Shown: piece after piece, positions 19,914 through 30,957 of the stretch
How positions within the stretch are numbered: position 1 is the stretch's first letter
How the letters are laid out: the number at the start of each line of letters is the position of its first letter
Assembly: GCA_964464105.1 (NCBI GenBank)
Contig: CAYXEY010000001.1
Span: 1 to 43,278 of the forward strand
Origin: an uncultured Planctomycetaceae bacterium
GTDB taxonomy: Bacteria; Planctomycetota; Phycisphaerae; UBA1845; UTPLA1
DNA length: 43,278 nucleotides
Direction of reading: 5' to 3'
The notes under the pieces: model-generated
The model's database searches: none
Told to the model about the DNA's origin: nothing
The model's input: only the letters and a program-made list of their open reading frames with translations
Translations under genes and position numbers: made by a program

Positions 19914-21472
19914 GCGCCGACCTGATCCTGCTCAACCTCGTCGCGCTCTCGCCCGGATGCCGGGCGGACGGGCACGCAGCCGATCTTGTCGCGATCGAGA
20001 ACGGTCGAATCCTGCACGTCGGCGACCATTCGGCACGGGCCGCGCTCGCCGGACCGCACACGCGGTTTGTGGACTGCCAGGGCGCAACGGTGATTCCGGG
20101 GTTCAACGACGCACACTGCCATCCGGTGGCATTCGCGATGACGACGCGCTACGTCGATTGCTCGCCGCCGCGCGTCGGGAGCATCGCGGAGCTCATCGAC
20201 ACACTGCGGCTCCGCGCGGCCGATACACGGCGGGGCAACTGGTTGCGAGCGGCGAACTGCGACCCGGCGACCCTCTCGGAGCGAAGGCTCCCAAACCGCT
20301 GGGAGCTCGACCTCGCATCGTCCGACCATCCGGTAATTGTCGTGGAGCGCGATGGGCAGCATTGCGTCCTCAACACCAGGGCACTCGCGCTGTGCGGCAT
20401 CGACGAGTCGACGGAAACATCCGACGCCGGCACGATCCACCGCGACCCCGCAAGCGGACGTGTCGATGGCATCGTTTCGGGCAACCACGCGCAGGTGAGC
20501 GCAGCGCTCCCACCGCTGGCCCCGGACGAGGTCGAGGCCGGCCTGCGCATGGCCGACCGTGCCTTTCTCGAGTCCGGAATCACGACCTTGCAGGATACGA
20601 GCTGGTCGAACACGCCCGCGCATTGGCACGCGATGGCCGATTACAAACGCCGCGGCCTCATCAGCCCACGCGTGTCGTTTTGCGCTGGTGCGGACAGTAT
20701 TCGCGCGTTCGCCGAGCAGGGACTGCGCACGGGAAGTGCACATCACGACCTCGCGTCCGACATGCTGCGGCTGGGGGCGGCGAAGATCGCACTCGACGAG
20801 AGCGCGGGAGATCCCGCCCCGCCGCAGGAACACCTCGACGGCGTTGCGCTTGCGGCGCACCACGCGGGCTTTCAGCTCGCCTTCCACGTCCCGGACCTCA
20901 CGCTGTTGCATCGATCGCTGAACACGCTCGAGCTGCTCGCCGACGCCGGTCTCGGATTTCCTTTTCGCGCGCGCTTCGAGCATTGCCCGGCCTGTCCCAA
21001 CGAGTGGATGCCCCGGCTCGCCGCGAGCGGCGCGATCGTCGTCGCGCAGCCCGCCCTGCTGTCCTTGGTGGCGCGCGCACTGCATTCATGCGCGCCGGAT
21101 CCAGCGCAGCCTGCGCTCCTCCCGTTCCGTTCGTTTCTGAATCACCACGTCCCGCTCGCGTTCGGTTCGGACGCGCCGCTCGTCCCATGCGCGCCACTGG
21201 AAGGGCTGAAAGCCGCCGTCATGCGATGCGACGATGCGGGCCGAAAAGTCGCAACCGAGGAGGCGATCCCGCTCCGGGAAGCGCTGCGGCTGTACACCTT
21301 CGGAGGGGCTTGCGCCACCGGCGAAGAGGACACGACGGGGACGCTCGAGGCCGGTCGGCGCGCCGACCTCGCGGTGATCGAGGGTGCGGGAGATTTCGTC
21401 AGCGCCGATGACCTCAGGCACGCCGAGGTCGTCATGACGCTGATCGGCGGACGCATCGCCTGGACCCGCTAA
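19910..21472 (+). CDS. Amidohydrolase-family metal-dependent hydrolase (YtcJ-like)
   Basis: 520 aa. The start overlaps the epimerase stop (ATGA). 'VIPGFNDAHCHP' metal-binding motif, 'AFHV', 'FGSDAP'. Confidence 0.85.
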   Translation: MSADLILLNLVALSPGCRADGHAADLVAIENGRILHVGDHSARAALAGPHTRFVDCQGATVIPGFNDAHCHPVAFAMTTRYVDCSPPRVGSIAELIDTLRLRAADTRRGNWLRAANCDPATLSERRLPNRWELDLASSDHPVIVVERDGQHCVLNTRALALCGIDESTETSDAGTIHRDPASGRVDGIVSGNHAQVSAALPPLAPDEVEAGLRMADRAFLESGITTLQDTSWSNTPAHWHAMADYKRRGLISPRVSFCAGADSIRAFAEQGLRTGSAHHDLASDMLRLGAAKIALDESAGDPAPPQEHLDGVALAAHHAGFQLAFHVPDLTLLHRSLNTLELLADAGLGFPFRARFEHCPACPNEWMPRLAASGAIVVAQPALLSLVARALHSCAPDPAQPALLPFRSFLNHHVPLAFGSDAPLVPCAPLEGLKAAVMRCDDAGRKVATEEAIPLREALRLYTFGGACATGEEDTTGTLEAGRRADLAVIEGAGDFVSADDLRHAEVVMTLIGGRIAWTR

Positions 21473-21559
21473 TGGCTGCGGTCGGCACGATCGGAGTGCG
21501 GTCCGGAAGCGACCCGCCGACGTGCCCGGCCCGCCCCGGAGAGCCGCCCCCCGCTCGGT

Positions 21560-22192
21560 TCAGTCGGCGCTGCGCTGCGGGTGAAGCGTATAGCGTGCAG
21601 TGAGCACAGCCTTGTCAAGAACGCGCCCCTCGATCGCCTTCAGCACATCTGGGCCGGTGAACTTCCCTTCCACCGGACAGCGATCGAGATCGACCGCATA
21701 GAGCGCAAACACATAGCGATGCACACGCTCGTCGTTCCACGGCGGACACGGGCCGTCATAGCCGAAGTAGTCGCCCGCCATCTGCGCGTCACCGCCAAAA
21801 CCGCGCGTGAAGTCGTTGAGCCCGTGCCGCGCACCGTACCGCGTCGCCGGCCCCGCCTTTCCGCGCACCGTGACGCGGTCGGAGAACTCCCCCTCGGCGA
21901 GTCCGCGGCACGCGGACGGAAGGTCGACGAGCACCCAGTGAAAGAAGTCCACCCGCGGCATCGTCTCCGCAATCACGACGTCGTCGCGGTTGATCTGGTC
22001 GAAACGGCTCGGCACGTCCGGATCGTGACACAGCAGCACGAACGATCGCGTGCCGGGCGGCGGCTCGTACCACGCGAGATCGGGACTACGGTTGGCGCCG
22101 AGGCGGAAATGGTGCTCGGCATCCGGTATCGCGAACGCATTGGCTGCCGGCAGGCGACGGTTGTCATCGAAACTGCTGCTGATCAGACGCAT
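21560..22192 (-). CDS. YbhB/YbcL (PEBP/Raf-kinase-inhibitor-like) family protein
   Basis: 210 aa. 'FVLLCHDPDVP' and 'YDGPCPP...HRYVFALYA' PEBP signatures. Lies 87 nt downstream of bbsH on the same strand. Confidence 0.85.
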   Translation of the reverse strand: MRLISSSFDDNRRLPAANAFAIPDAEHHFRLGANRSPDLAWYEPPPGTRSFVLLCHDPDVPSRFDQINRDDVVIAETMPRVDFFHWVLVDLPSACRGLAEGEFSDRVTVRGKAGPATRYGARHGLNDFTRGFGGDAQMAGDYFGYDGPCPPWNDERVHRYVFALYAVDLDRCPVEGKFTGPDVLKAIEGRVLDKAVLTARYTLHPQRSAD

Positions 22193-22279
22193 GTCGTGTA
22201 TCCCCTGCGCGCAGGGGTGGCACGCTCGCCACCGCCCACGCGGCTTGTTGGCGTCCGGCGGGAGTCGCCGGACCTGCCG

Positions 22280-23050
22280 TCAGGCGCCGCGGAACGCCGG
22301 GACGCGACGCTCCCCGAAGGCCTTGAAGCCTTCCTTGCGGTCCTCGGTGTCGCGCAGCACGCCCCACAGCAGGTGCGAGTACAGGATGCCGTGCTCGAGC
22401 GGCATGTCCTTGCCGAGCACCGCGGCCTGCTTGGTCGCCTGCACGCTCAGCGGTGCGGCACTGGCGATCTTTTCGGCATAGGTGCGGGCGAGGTCGGCGA
22501 GCGCCGACGGCTCGACGACGTCGCTGACCAGCCCGTAGCGCAGCGCCTCTTCGGCGGTGATCATCTCGCCGGTGAGCAGCATCTTCATCGCCACTGCCTG
22601 CGGCATGGTGCGCGGCAGCGCCTGCGTGCCGTTGAGGCCGGCGAGGCTCGCGACCTTGACTTCGGTGAGGCCGAACTTGGCGTTCGAAGAGGCGATCCGC
22701 AGGTCGCACGCGAGCGCGATCTCGAGCCCGCCGCCGACGGCATAGCCGTTGATCGCGGCGATGATCGGCTTCCACATCTTCATGTGCGGCAGGATCGGCT
22801 GGCCCTCGCGCAGATAGGTCGCCGCCATGCACTCGGTGGGCGGCGGGGCCTTCTTCATGTCCGTCCCGGTGCAGAAGGCCTTCTCGCCCGCGCCCGTCAG
22901 CACGGCGACACGGATGTCCGGATCGGTGCGCACGCGGGCCCAGATTTCGGTCAGATCGGAAATCGATTCCGGATCCAGCGAGTTCATCGCGTCAGGACGA
23001 TTCAAGGTGACGTAAGCGACGTGGTTCGATACTTCCAACGTTACCGCCAT
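22280..23050 (-). CDS. bbsH: Enoyl-CoA hydratase (phenylitaconyl-CoA hydratase, BbsH-like)
   Basis: The ATG at 23050 ('MAVTLEVSNHVAYVTLNRPDAMNSL') has AGGAGA upstream. Crotonase motifs 'AVLTGAGEKAFCTGTDM' and 'INGYAVGGGLEIALACD'. The listed 23635 start runs into bbsG and is rejected. Confidence 0.85.
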   Translation of the reverse strand: MAVTLEVSNHVAYVTLNRPDAMNSLDPESISDLTEIWARVRTDPDIRVAVLTGAGEKAFCTGTDMKKAPPPTECMAATYLREGQPILPHMKMWKPIIAAINGYAVGGGLEIALACDLRIASSNAKFGLTEVKVASLAGLNGTQALPRTMPQAVAMKMLLTGEMITAEEALRYGLVSDVVEPSALADLARTYAEKIASAAPLSVQATKQAAVLGKDMPLEHGILYSHLLWGVLRDTEDRKEGFKAFGERRVPAFRGA

Positions 23051-23085
23051 TGCAGTTCTCCTATTTACGGGTGTCCCAATCTGCT

Positions 23086-24306
23086 TCAGGCGCCGACGAA
23101 CAGGCTGTAGGGCCTGCCCTCGGTAAGCAGCTTCTTGGCGATCGACATGCGATGGATTTCGGACGCGCCCTCGACGATTCGCCAGATCCGGACCATTCGC
23201 GCGACGTATTCGATGCCCAGCTCGTGCGACAGACCCAGCCCGCCGTGCAGCTGGATCGCACGGTCGGCGACGCGGGTGAGCATTTCGGTCGCGGCGATCT
23301 TGAGCGATGCGGCTTCGAGGCGCAGGTCCTTGTGTCCCTGATCGGACTTCCAGGCGGTGAAATAGAGCTGTAGCCGAACCTGCTCGAGCTCGACGGTCGA
23401 GTCGGCGATCCAGTTCTGCACTGTCTGCCGCTCGGCGAGCGGCGTCCCGAAGGTGCGTCGCATGTTCGCCTGGTCGATCATCATCTGGATCAAGCGCTCG
23501 GCCATTCCGGTGCAATGCGCGGCGAGTTCGATCCGGCGCACGCCGAAGCGGTTCTGCAGCGGGATGAACGCGTCGCCGATCTCGCCCAGCACGGCTTCGT
23601 CGCCCACCCTCACGTCGTCGAGATAGACCGTCCACGTCGGCATTGCACCGATCACCGGGATTTCACTGCCGATGCGCAGCCCCGGCGTGTTCTTGTCGAG
23701 GATGAACGCGGTGAGGCGCCGCTTGGTCGGAGCCTCCTTGTCGGTCACCGCGATGCAGATGAAGAACAGGGCGTCCTTGTCGCACTTGCTGATGAAGATC
23801 TTCGAGCCGTTGATCACCCATTGGCCGTTCTCGCGCACCGCCGTCGTGGTCAGGCCACTGATGTCGGAGCCCGCACCCGGTTCGGTCGCCATCATCGCGG
23901 AGTCGATCTCCCCGCGGCAGTATGGGCCGAGATACTTGTCACGCTGCGCGGCAGTACCGCATTCGTTGAGGTAATAGAGATTCGGCGCATCGGGCGGCAG
24001 CGTGAAGCCGTGATGCGAGAAACCGATCAGCGACTTCGACATTTCCTCGACCACCAGGGTCTTGGCGAACATGCCAAGTCCCTGCCCACCCAGGCTTTCA
24101 TCGACCTCGATACCCCAGAAACCCATCTCCCGGGTGAGGTTCAGCAGACGATCGTGATCGGCAGCCGGCAGCAGCGTGTACCCGTCGGTCCACATCCGCA
24201 TTTCCCGCTCCAGCATGACCTTCTCGAGCGGCATGAGCTCGTTGGTGGTGAACCGGCGGGCCACCTCCTTGAGCATCGTATGTTCTTCAGATAAGGAAAA
24301 ATCCAT
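23086..24306 (-). CDS. bbsG: Acyl-CoA dehydrogenase (benzylsuccinyl-CoA dehydrogenase, BbsG-like)
   Basis: The ATG at 24306 begins 'MDFSLSEEHTMLKEVARRF', a classic ACAD N-terminus. 'QLHGGLGLSHELGIEY' and 'RIVEGASEIH' near the C-terminus. Confidence 0.9.
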   Translation of the reverse strand: MDFSLSEEHTMLKEVARRFTTNELMPLEKVMLEREMRMWTDGYTLLPAADHDRLLNLTREMGFWGIEVDESLGGQGLGMFAKTLVVEEMSKSLIGFSHHGFTLPPDAPNLYYLNECGTAAQRDKYLGPYCRGEIDSAMMATEPGAGSDISGLTTTAVRENGQWVINGSKIFISKCDKDALFFICIAVTDKEAPTKRRLTAFILDKNTPGLRIGSEIPVIGAMPTWTVYLDDVRVGDEAVLGEIGDAFIPLQNRFGVRRIELAAHCTGMAERLIQMMIDQANMRRTFGTPLAERQTVQNWIADSTVELEQVRLQLYFTAWKSDQGHKDLRLEAASLKIAATEMLTRVADRAIQLHGGLGLSHELGIEYVARMVRIWRIVEGASEIHRMSIAKKLLTEGRPYSLFVGA

Positions 24307-24405
24307 TTTGTTGTCTCTTGTCCTGAGTTTGACAGCTGCCGATCGTGAGGCAGGCTGCACGGGAAATATTCGCTGGCAGCCCTTCGCAATAAGGGCCTCC
24401 AGCAG

Positions 24406-26851
<2,446 letters not shown>

Positions 26852-26890
26852 GTCACATTCCTCTTGCTCACCGAGCACACGCGGCTGACT

Positions 26891-27637
26891 TCAGCCCGCG
26901 AACAGGCTTCGACCGCCGCAGACGTAAAGCACCTGACCGGTGACGAACCCGGCGTCGTCGTCGGCGAGGAAGAGCAGCGTGTTGGCGATGTCGTCCGGCT
27001 CGCCGAGCTTGCCGGTAGGCTGCCGCGCAAGCAGGAACTGCCGATCCTTCTCGGGCAGCTCGTCCCACATCGGCGTATGGATCAAGCCCGGCGCGAGGCA
27101 ATTGACGGTGATCCCGGCACGGCCCAGCTCGATCGCGAGCGCGCGCGTCATCCCGACGACGCCGGCCTTGGCCGACGAGTAGGGCGTCTGGCCTGCCCCG
27201 CCGAGCCATGCGCGCGAGGCGATGTTGACGATGCGCCCGTGCTTGTTCTCGACCATATGCCCATGCACGGCCTGGGTGCAGAGGAAGGTGCCCTTCAGAT
27301 TGACGTCGACCGTGATGTCCCAGTCCGCCTCGCTGAGCTTGCGCAGCGCGCCCGCCCGCTCCAGGCCGGCGTTGTTCACCAGGATGTCGATCCGCCCGAA
27401 GGTGGAAACGACCTGCCGGACCATTCCATCGACCGCCGCCTTGTTGCTGATGTCGGCGACCGTACCGAGCACGCGGTGCCCCAATCGGGCGAACTCATCG
27501 ACCGTCGCGCCCACCTTCTCCGCGTCGATGTCGTTGATGACGACCGCCGCCCCGTGCTCGGCGAAGCGCAGCGCCGTCTGCTTGCCCATGCCGCTCGCCG
27601 AACCGGTGATCAGCGCGACCCTGTGTTGAATTCCCAT
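26891..27637 (-). CDS. bbsD: Short-chain dehydrogenase, catalytic subunit of 2-[hydroxy(phenyl)methyl]succinyl-CoA dehydrogenase (BbsD-like)
   Basis: The ATG at 27637 has GGAGG upstream. Intact SDR motifs 'ITGSASGMGKQ', 'NNAG' and 'PYSSAKAG' (YxxxK). Confidence 0.85.
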   Translation of the reverse strand: MGIQHRVALITGSASGMGKQTALRFAEHGAAVVINDIDAEKVGATVDEFARLGHRVLGTVADISNKAAVDGMVRQVVSTFGRIDILVNNAGLERAGALRKLSEADWDITVDVNLKGTFLCTQAVHGHMVENKHGRIVNIASRAWLGGAGQTPYSSAKAGVVGMTRALAIELGRAGITVNCLAPGLIHTPMWDELPEKDRQFLLARQPTGKLGEPDDIANTLLFLADDDAGFVTGQVLYVCGGRSLFAG

Positions 27638-27651
27638 TGCCGCCTCCGTGA

Positions 27652-28404
27652 TCAAATCGACATCGAAAAGTACGCGCTCTTGCCGCCGCAGACGAAAAGC
27701 GTCTGCCCGGTGACGTACTTCGAGCTGCCGGCCGTGAGAAAGCCGACCGCATTGGCCACGTCGGCGGGCGTGCCCAGGCGCTTGACCGGAATGCCGCCGG
27801 CGAGCTTTTCCTTGTCGGCAGCAGGTGTCGAGTCGTTGTCGAGGTCGCCCATGACGATCGTGTTTACCGTGACGCCGTCACGCGCCGATTCGAGCGCGAG
27901 GGCGCGTGTGAGCCCGAACAGGCCCGAGCGCGCGGCCGCGACGCTGGAGGTATCGGCGAGCCCGAGGTAACGCAGGTCGCTCAGGCATACCACACGCCCG
28001 AAGCCTCCCTCGCGCATCCCCGGAACGACCTCGCGCAGATAGTGGAACGGAGCCGCGAGGCCCGCATCGAGCGCGGCACCGACATCGGCGTCCGAAATTT
28101 CCTGCAGCGGTTTGCCCGTCAACGCGCTTTCGTTATGCACCAGGATGTCGATCCGCCCGAAGTGCGCCTTCACCTGCGCAACACTGTCACGGATCGCACC
28201 CGGCGCCACCGCGGCCACGACCGCCGCCATCACCGTCGCGCCTTTCTCGGCCAGCCGCGACGCGAGCTTGTCGAGCCGGCCGGCGTCCCCACCAACCAGC
28301 GCGAGTTGCGCGCCGGGCTCGGCGAGCCGCAGCGCAACCGCCTCGCCGACGGGATCGTCGGCATTGACGATCAGCGCCACCGTTTCCTTGCCGTTGGATT
28401 TCAT
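27652..28404 (-). CDS. bbsC: SDR-fold protein lacking the catalytic Tyr/Lys and a canonical NAD motif (BbsC-like non-catalytic subunit)
   Basis: The ATG at 28404 begins 'MKSNGKETVALIVNADDPVGEAV'. Has 'VHNES' where NNAG is expected. 'SSVAAARSG' aligns with 'PYSSAKAG' of BbsD, giving V for Y and R for K. Confidence 0.85.
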   Translation of the reverse strand: MKSNGKETVALIVNADDPVGEAVALRLAEPGAQLALVGGDAGRLDKLASRLAEKGATVMAAVVAAVAPGAIRDSVAQVKAHFGRIDILVHNESALTGKPLQEISDADVGAALDAGLAAPFHYLREVVPGMREGGFGRVVCLSDLRYLGLADTSSVAAARSGLFGLTRALALESARDGVTVNTIVMGDLDNDSTPAADKEKLAGGIPVKRLGTPADVANAVGFLTAGSSKYVTGQTLFVCGGKSAYFSMSI

Positions 28405-28418
28405 CACTTCCCCCTCGG

Positions 28419-29588
28419 TTACCAGCCGCTCACCAGCATGTGCATCGTGCACGCCGCGTGCTCCGTGCCCGACAATCCGCCACCCGTCACGTGCGTCATC
28501 GCCACCCGCGGCACCGGGTCGACCTGGTAGCCGGGGCACTGATTGCGCATCTGCTTGACGCTGGCGGCGATCTGCGCCGCACCCGAGGCGCCGATGGGAT
28601 GACCGTACGAGAGCATGCCGCCGCGCGGGCTGACCACACACTTGCCACCATGCGTCGCGTTGCCGTCGCGCAGGAACTTCAGCCCTTCACCCTTCGGGCA
28701 CAGGCCGAGGCATTCGTAGTACAACAGTTCGGCGATCGTGAAGGCATCGTGCAGTTCGACGATATTCACGTCCCCGGGTCCGATACCCGACTCCTCGTAG
28801 AGCTGGGCTGCGGTCTCCTCGGTGATGTCGTCGCCGGTAATGTCCCGCGGCCGGTTGTGATACGGACCGGAGCGAACGACCGAGCCAGCGACGAGGATCG
28901 GCTTCTGGATGCCGAGCTTCTTGACCATCTGCTCCGAGCACACCACGACCGCGCCAGCGCCGTCGGCAATCCCGCAGCATTGCTGCAATGTCAGCGGCGA
29001 GGCGACGACGCGTGAATTGACCACCTCCTCGACCGAAATCTCGCCCTTGAACCATGCAAAGGGATTATTGGTGGCATGCCGACGGTTCTTCACCGTGATC
29101 ATCGCCAGATCCTCGGCGGTGGCGCCGGTCTCGTACATGTAGCGCTGGGCGCGCATCGCGTACTTGCCGGTCATCACCGCGCCATGCACCGTCTCGATGT
29201 CCGACATCGCAGTAGCGAACGCGGTGCCCTGCGCCATGTGCAGCGTATGGTTCTCGCAGCCGATGCCGATCGCCACGTCGGCAAGCCCCATCGCGACATC
29301 ACGCACGGCCATGTGAACCGCCATGCCGCCCGCCGAACACGCACTCTCGACGTTGATGATCGGCAGATGACCGCACATGCCCAGATCCTTGAGCACGGTC
29401 TGACCGATGACCATGCCGTTGGTCCCGTTGCCGACATAGGCGCTTTGCACCATGGTCGGCCGGTCGATGTTTGACGCTCTCAACGCTTCCAGCGCCGCAG
29501 CCCGGCCAAGGACGTCGAAGTCGACGTCATGTCTTCCGAATTTCGTCTCGCCAACCCCGGCGATATAGACCTTGCGCTCCAATTTCAT
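28419..29588 (-). CDS. bbsB: Thiolase (SCP-x type; benzoylsuccinyl-CoA thiolase large subunit, BbsB-like)
   Basis: 389 aa. '[14 protein letters not shown]', active-site 'VESACSAGG', C-terminal 'GHPIGASGA' and 'GGGL'. Confidence 0.9.
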   Translation of the reverse strand: MKLERKVYIAGVGETKFGRHDVDFDVLGRAAALEALRASNIDRPTMVQSAYVGNGTNGMVIGQTVLKDLGMCGHLPIINVESACSAGGMAVHMAVRDVAMGLADVAIGIGCENHTLHMAQGTAFATAMSDIETVHGAVMTGKYAMRAQRYMYETGATAEDLAMITVKNRRHATNNPFAWFKGEISVEEVVNSRVVASPLTLQQCCGIADGAGAVVVCSEQMVKKLGIQKPILVAGSVVRSGPYHNRPRDITGDDITEETAAQLYEESGIGPGDVNIVELHDAFTIAELLYYECLGLCPKGEGLKFLRDGNATHGGKCVVSPRGGMLSYGHPIGASGAAQIAASVKQMRNQCPGYQVDPVPRVAMTHVTGGGLSGTEHAACTMHMLVSGW

Positions 29589-29609
29589 TTCTTTGTCACT
29601 CGCCGAGGG

Positions 29610-30044
29610 TTAGATCTTGCGGAATTTGTAGCTGATCAGCGGAACACCATCGCGGTTTTCGCGAACGGGTCCGACTGTAAGCTCAACCGTTTCGTCGCAG
29701 CGGAAGCTGCCGGGCTCGCCCTCCAGCTGCGCAAATATCCGCAAATCTTCCGGCAGGTCGATATAGCCGAAGGAATAGGGCGTCTTCATGCCCGCCTGAC
29801 CGATGAAGTTGTCACTAAAGCTGTAGAGCTTGCCGCGGCGGCTGAGCGGCACGACATCGAACTCCTCGCCCCAGCAGCTCGGGCAGGGGCTCAACTTCGG
29901 AAAGTCCAGCTGCCCGCAGCACTTGCAGCGATAACCCTTCAGATACGGCGCGCTACCGTCGGCAGGCACCTCCAGCAGGTCCGGATGGAAGAACGTGATA
30001 TCCGGCTTCTTTTCCGGCTTCTTGGTCGGTTTTTGATCTGACAT
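29610..30044 (-). CDS. bbsA: DUF35 OB-fold/zinc-ribbon protein (thiolase small subunit, BbsA-like)
   Basis: The ATG at 30044 has GGAGG upstream. 144 aa with zinc ribbon 'CKCCGQLDFPKLSPCPSC' followed by an OB-fold region. Lies directly upstream of the thiolase. Confidence 0.85.
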   Translation of the reverse strand: MSDQKPTKKPEKKPDITFFHPDLLEVPADGSAPYLKGYRCKCCGQLDFPKLSPCPSCWGEEFDVVPLSRRGKLYSFSDNFIGQAGMKTPYSFGYIDLPEDLRIFAQLEGEPGSFRCDETVELTVGPVRENRDGVPLISYKFRKI

Positions 30045-30060
30045 GACACCTCCGCAGGAA

Positions 30061-30130
30061 TTGTTTCGTGTTCGACCTGGAGTCATTAGAGCGCGCGTGC
30101 CGACACGCAACAATTGGTCGGAACACCTAA
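30061..30130 (-). promoter_or_regulatory. Promoter-like element, copy B, upstream of bbsA (GTGTTC-C-GACC-A-ATTG core; putative -35 TTGTTG at 30108-30113 and -10 TCTAAT at 30085-30090, 17-nt spacer)
   Basis: See copy A (52/70 identical). Inverted arms GTGTTCcGACC and GGTCGAACAC flank the -35/-10 region. The -10 lies 40 nt upstream of the bbsA ATG. Confidence 0.45.
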
Positions 30131-30957
30131 GGGATAAGAACAATCCCTGCCCCCGAAACACCGCGCAAACCCGTGCACCGATCTTCGCGCTCCCGCCAAG
30201 TTCGCCGAAAACGAGGCCCCGACTCCTTTCAAAACCGAAGGTTGGCGTCATCGCCGTCGAGCACTTGTCCCGCCCGCTGGCGGAGCCCCATTGCAGGCAT
30301 GCCCCCAGAGCGCTCCGCTGCAGACATGCCTGCCGGGATCGCTGCCTTGGGGTACGTCAAGCTCGTGGAAGTCGGTCGGGGCAAGGCCGCGCAGTGGCGC
30401 CGGCGCAGGAAGGAAACGGAGGCGCTGATGGCGCCCGGGGGGCAGAACTGGCGCGTTACCAGCGATCCGGTGGAGCCCTTCGCTGCCCTGCTGCCATCCC
30501 ATGGATACAGCATCCCGATGATCCCCAGCCACCGGCTTCCTCGCCACCGGCAAGCGCACGACCCATACTCACCGCAGCCGCCAAGTCGATCGATGTCGTA
30601 CCCGGAAATGGCGCAATCGTGACCGGTCCGGCACAGTCGAAACTCCACGCTTGACCGTACAGCACACCGATCACGATCGTGCGAATGCGCGGCGAGCCTT
30701 GCCGCCATCGACCGCCAGCGTTCGGCCCGCGCATTACCCATTTCGCGGCGAGCCTGGCGCCGACTTCAGGTGCCGCATGCGTTCCAGCCGGGCCAGCTCA
30801 AGGACTGCCGCACGGGAGTCGGGAACCAAGCCTCCACCTCCATGCCTGCCCTCCACCCGCGGCCGGCGCCAGCCGGCCAGGGCGCCCCCCGCCTGCCGTC
30901 ACGGCGCCGGCCTTCCATGACGCACTTCCAAGCCCGGACTGAATGCCTGCGCGATCG

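Noticed and set aside
30043-30741. ORFs 30043-30654 (+), 30173-30622 (+), 30229-30741 (-), 30248-30559 (-) and 30456-30734 (-) upstream of bbsA.
   Set aside because: They overlap one another in several frames and are compositionally biased. None has a start context. At most they represent a frameshifted remnant, reported as a low-interest finding.
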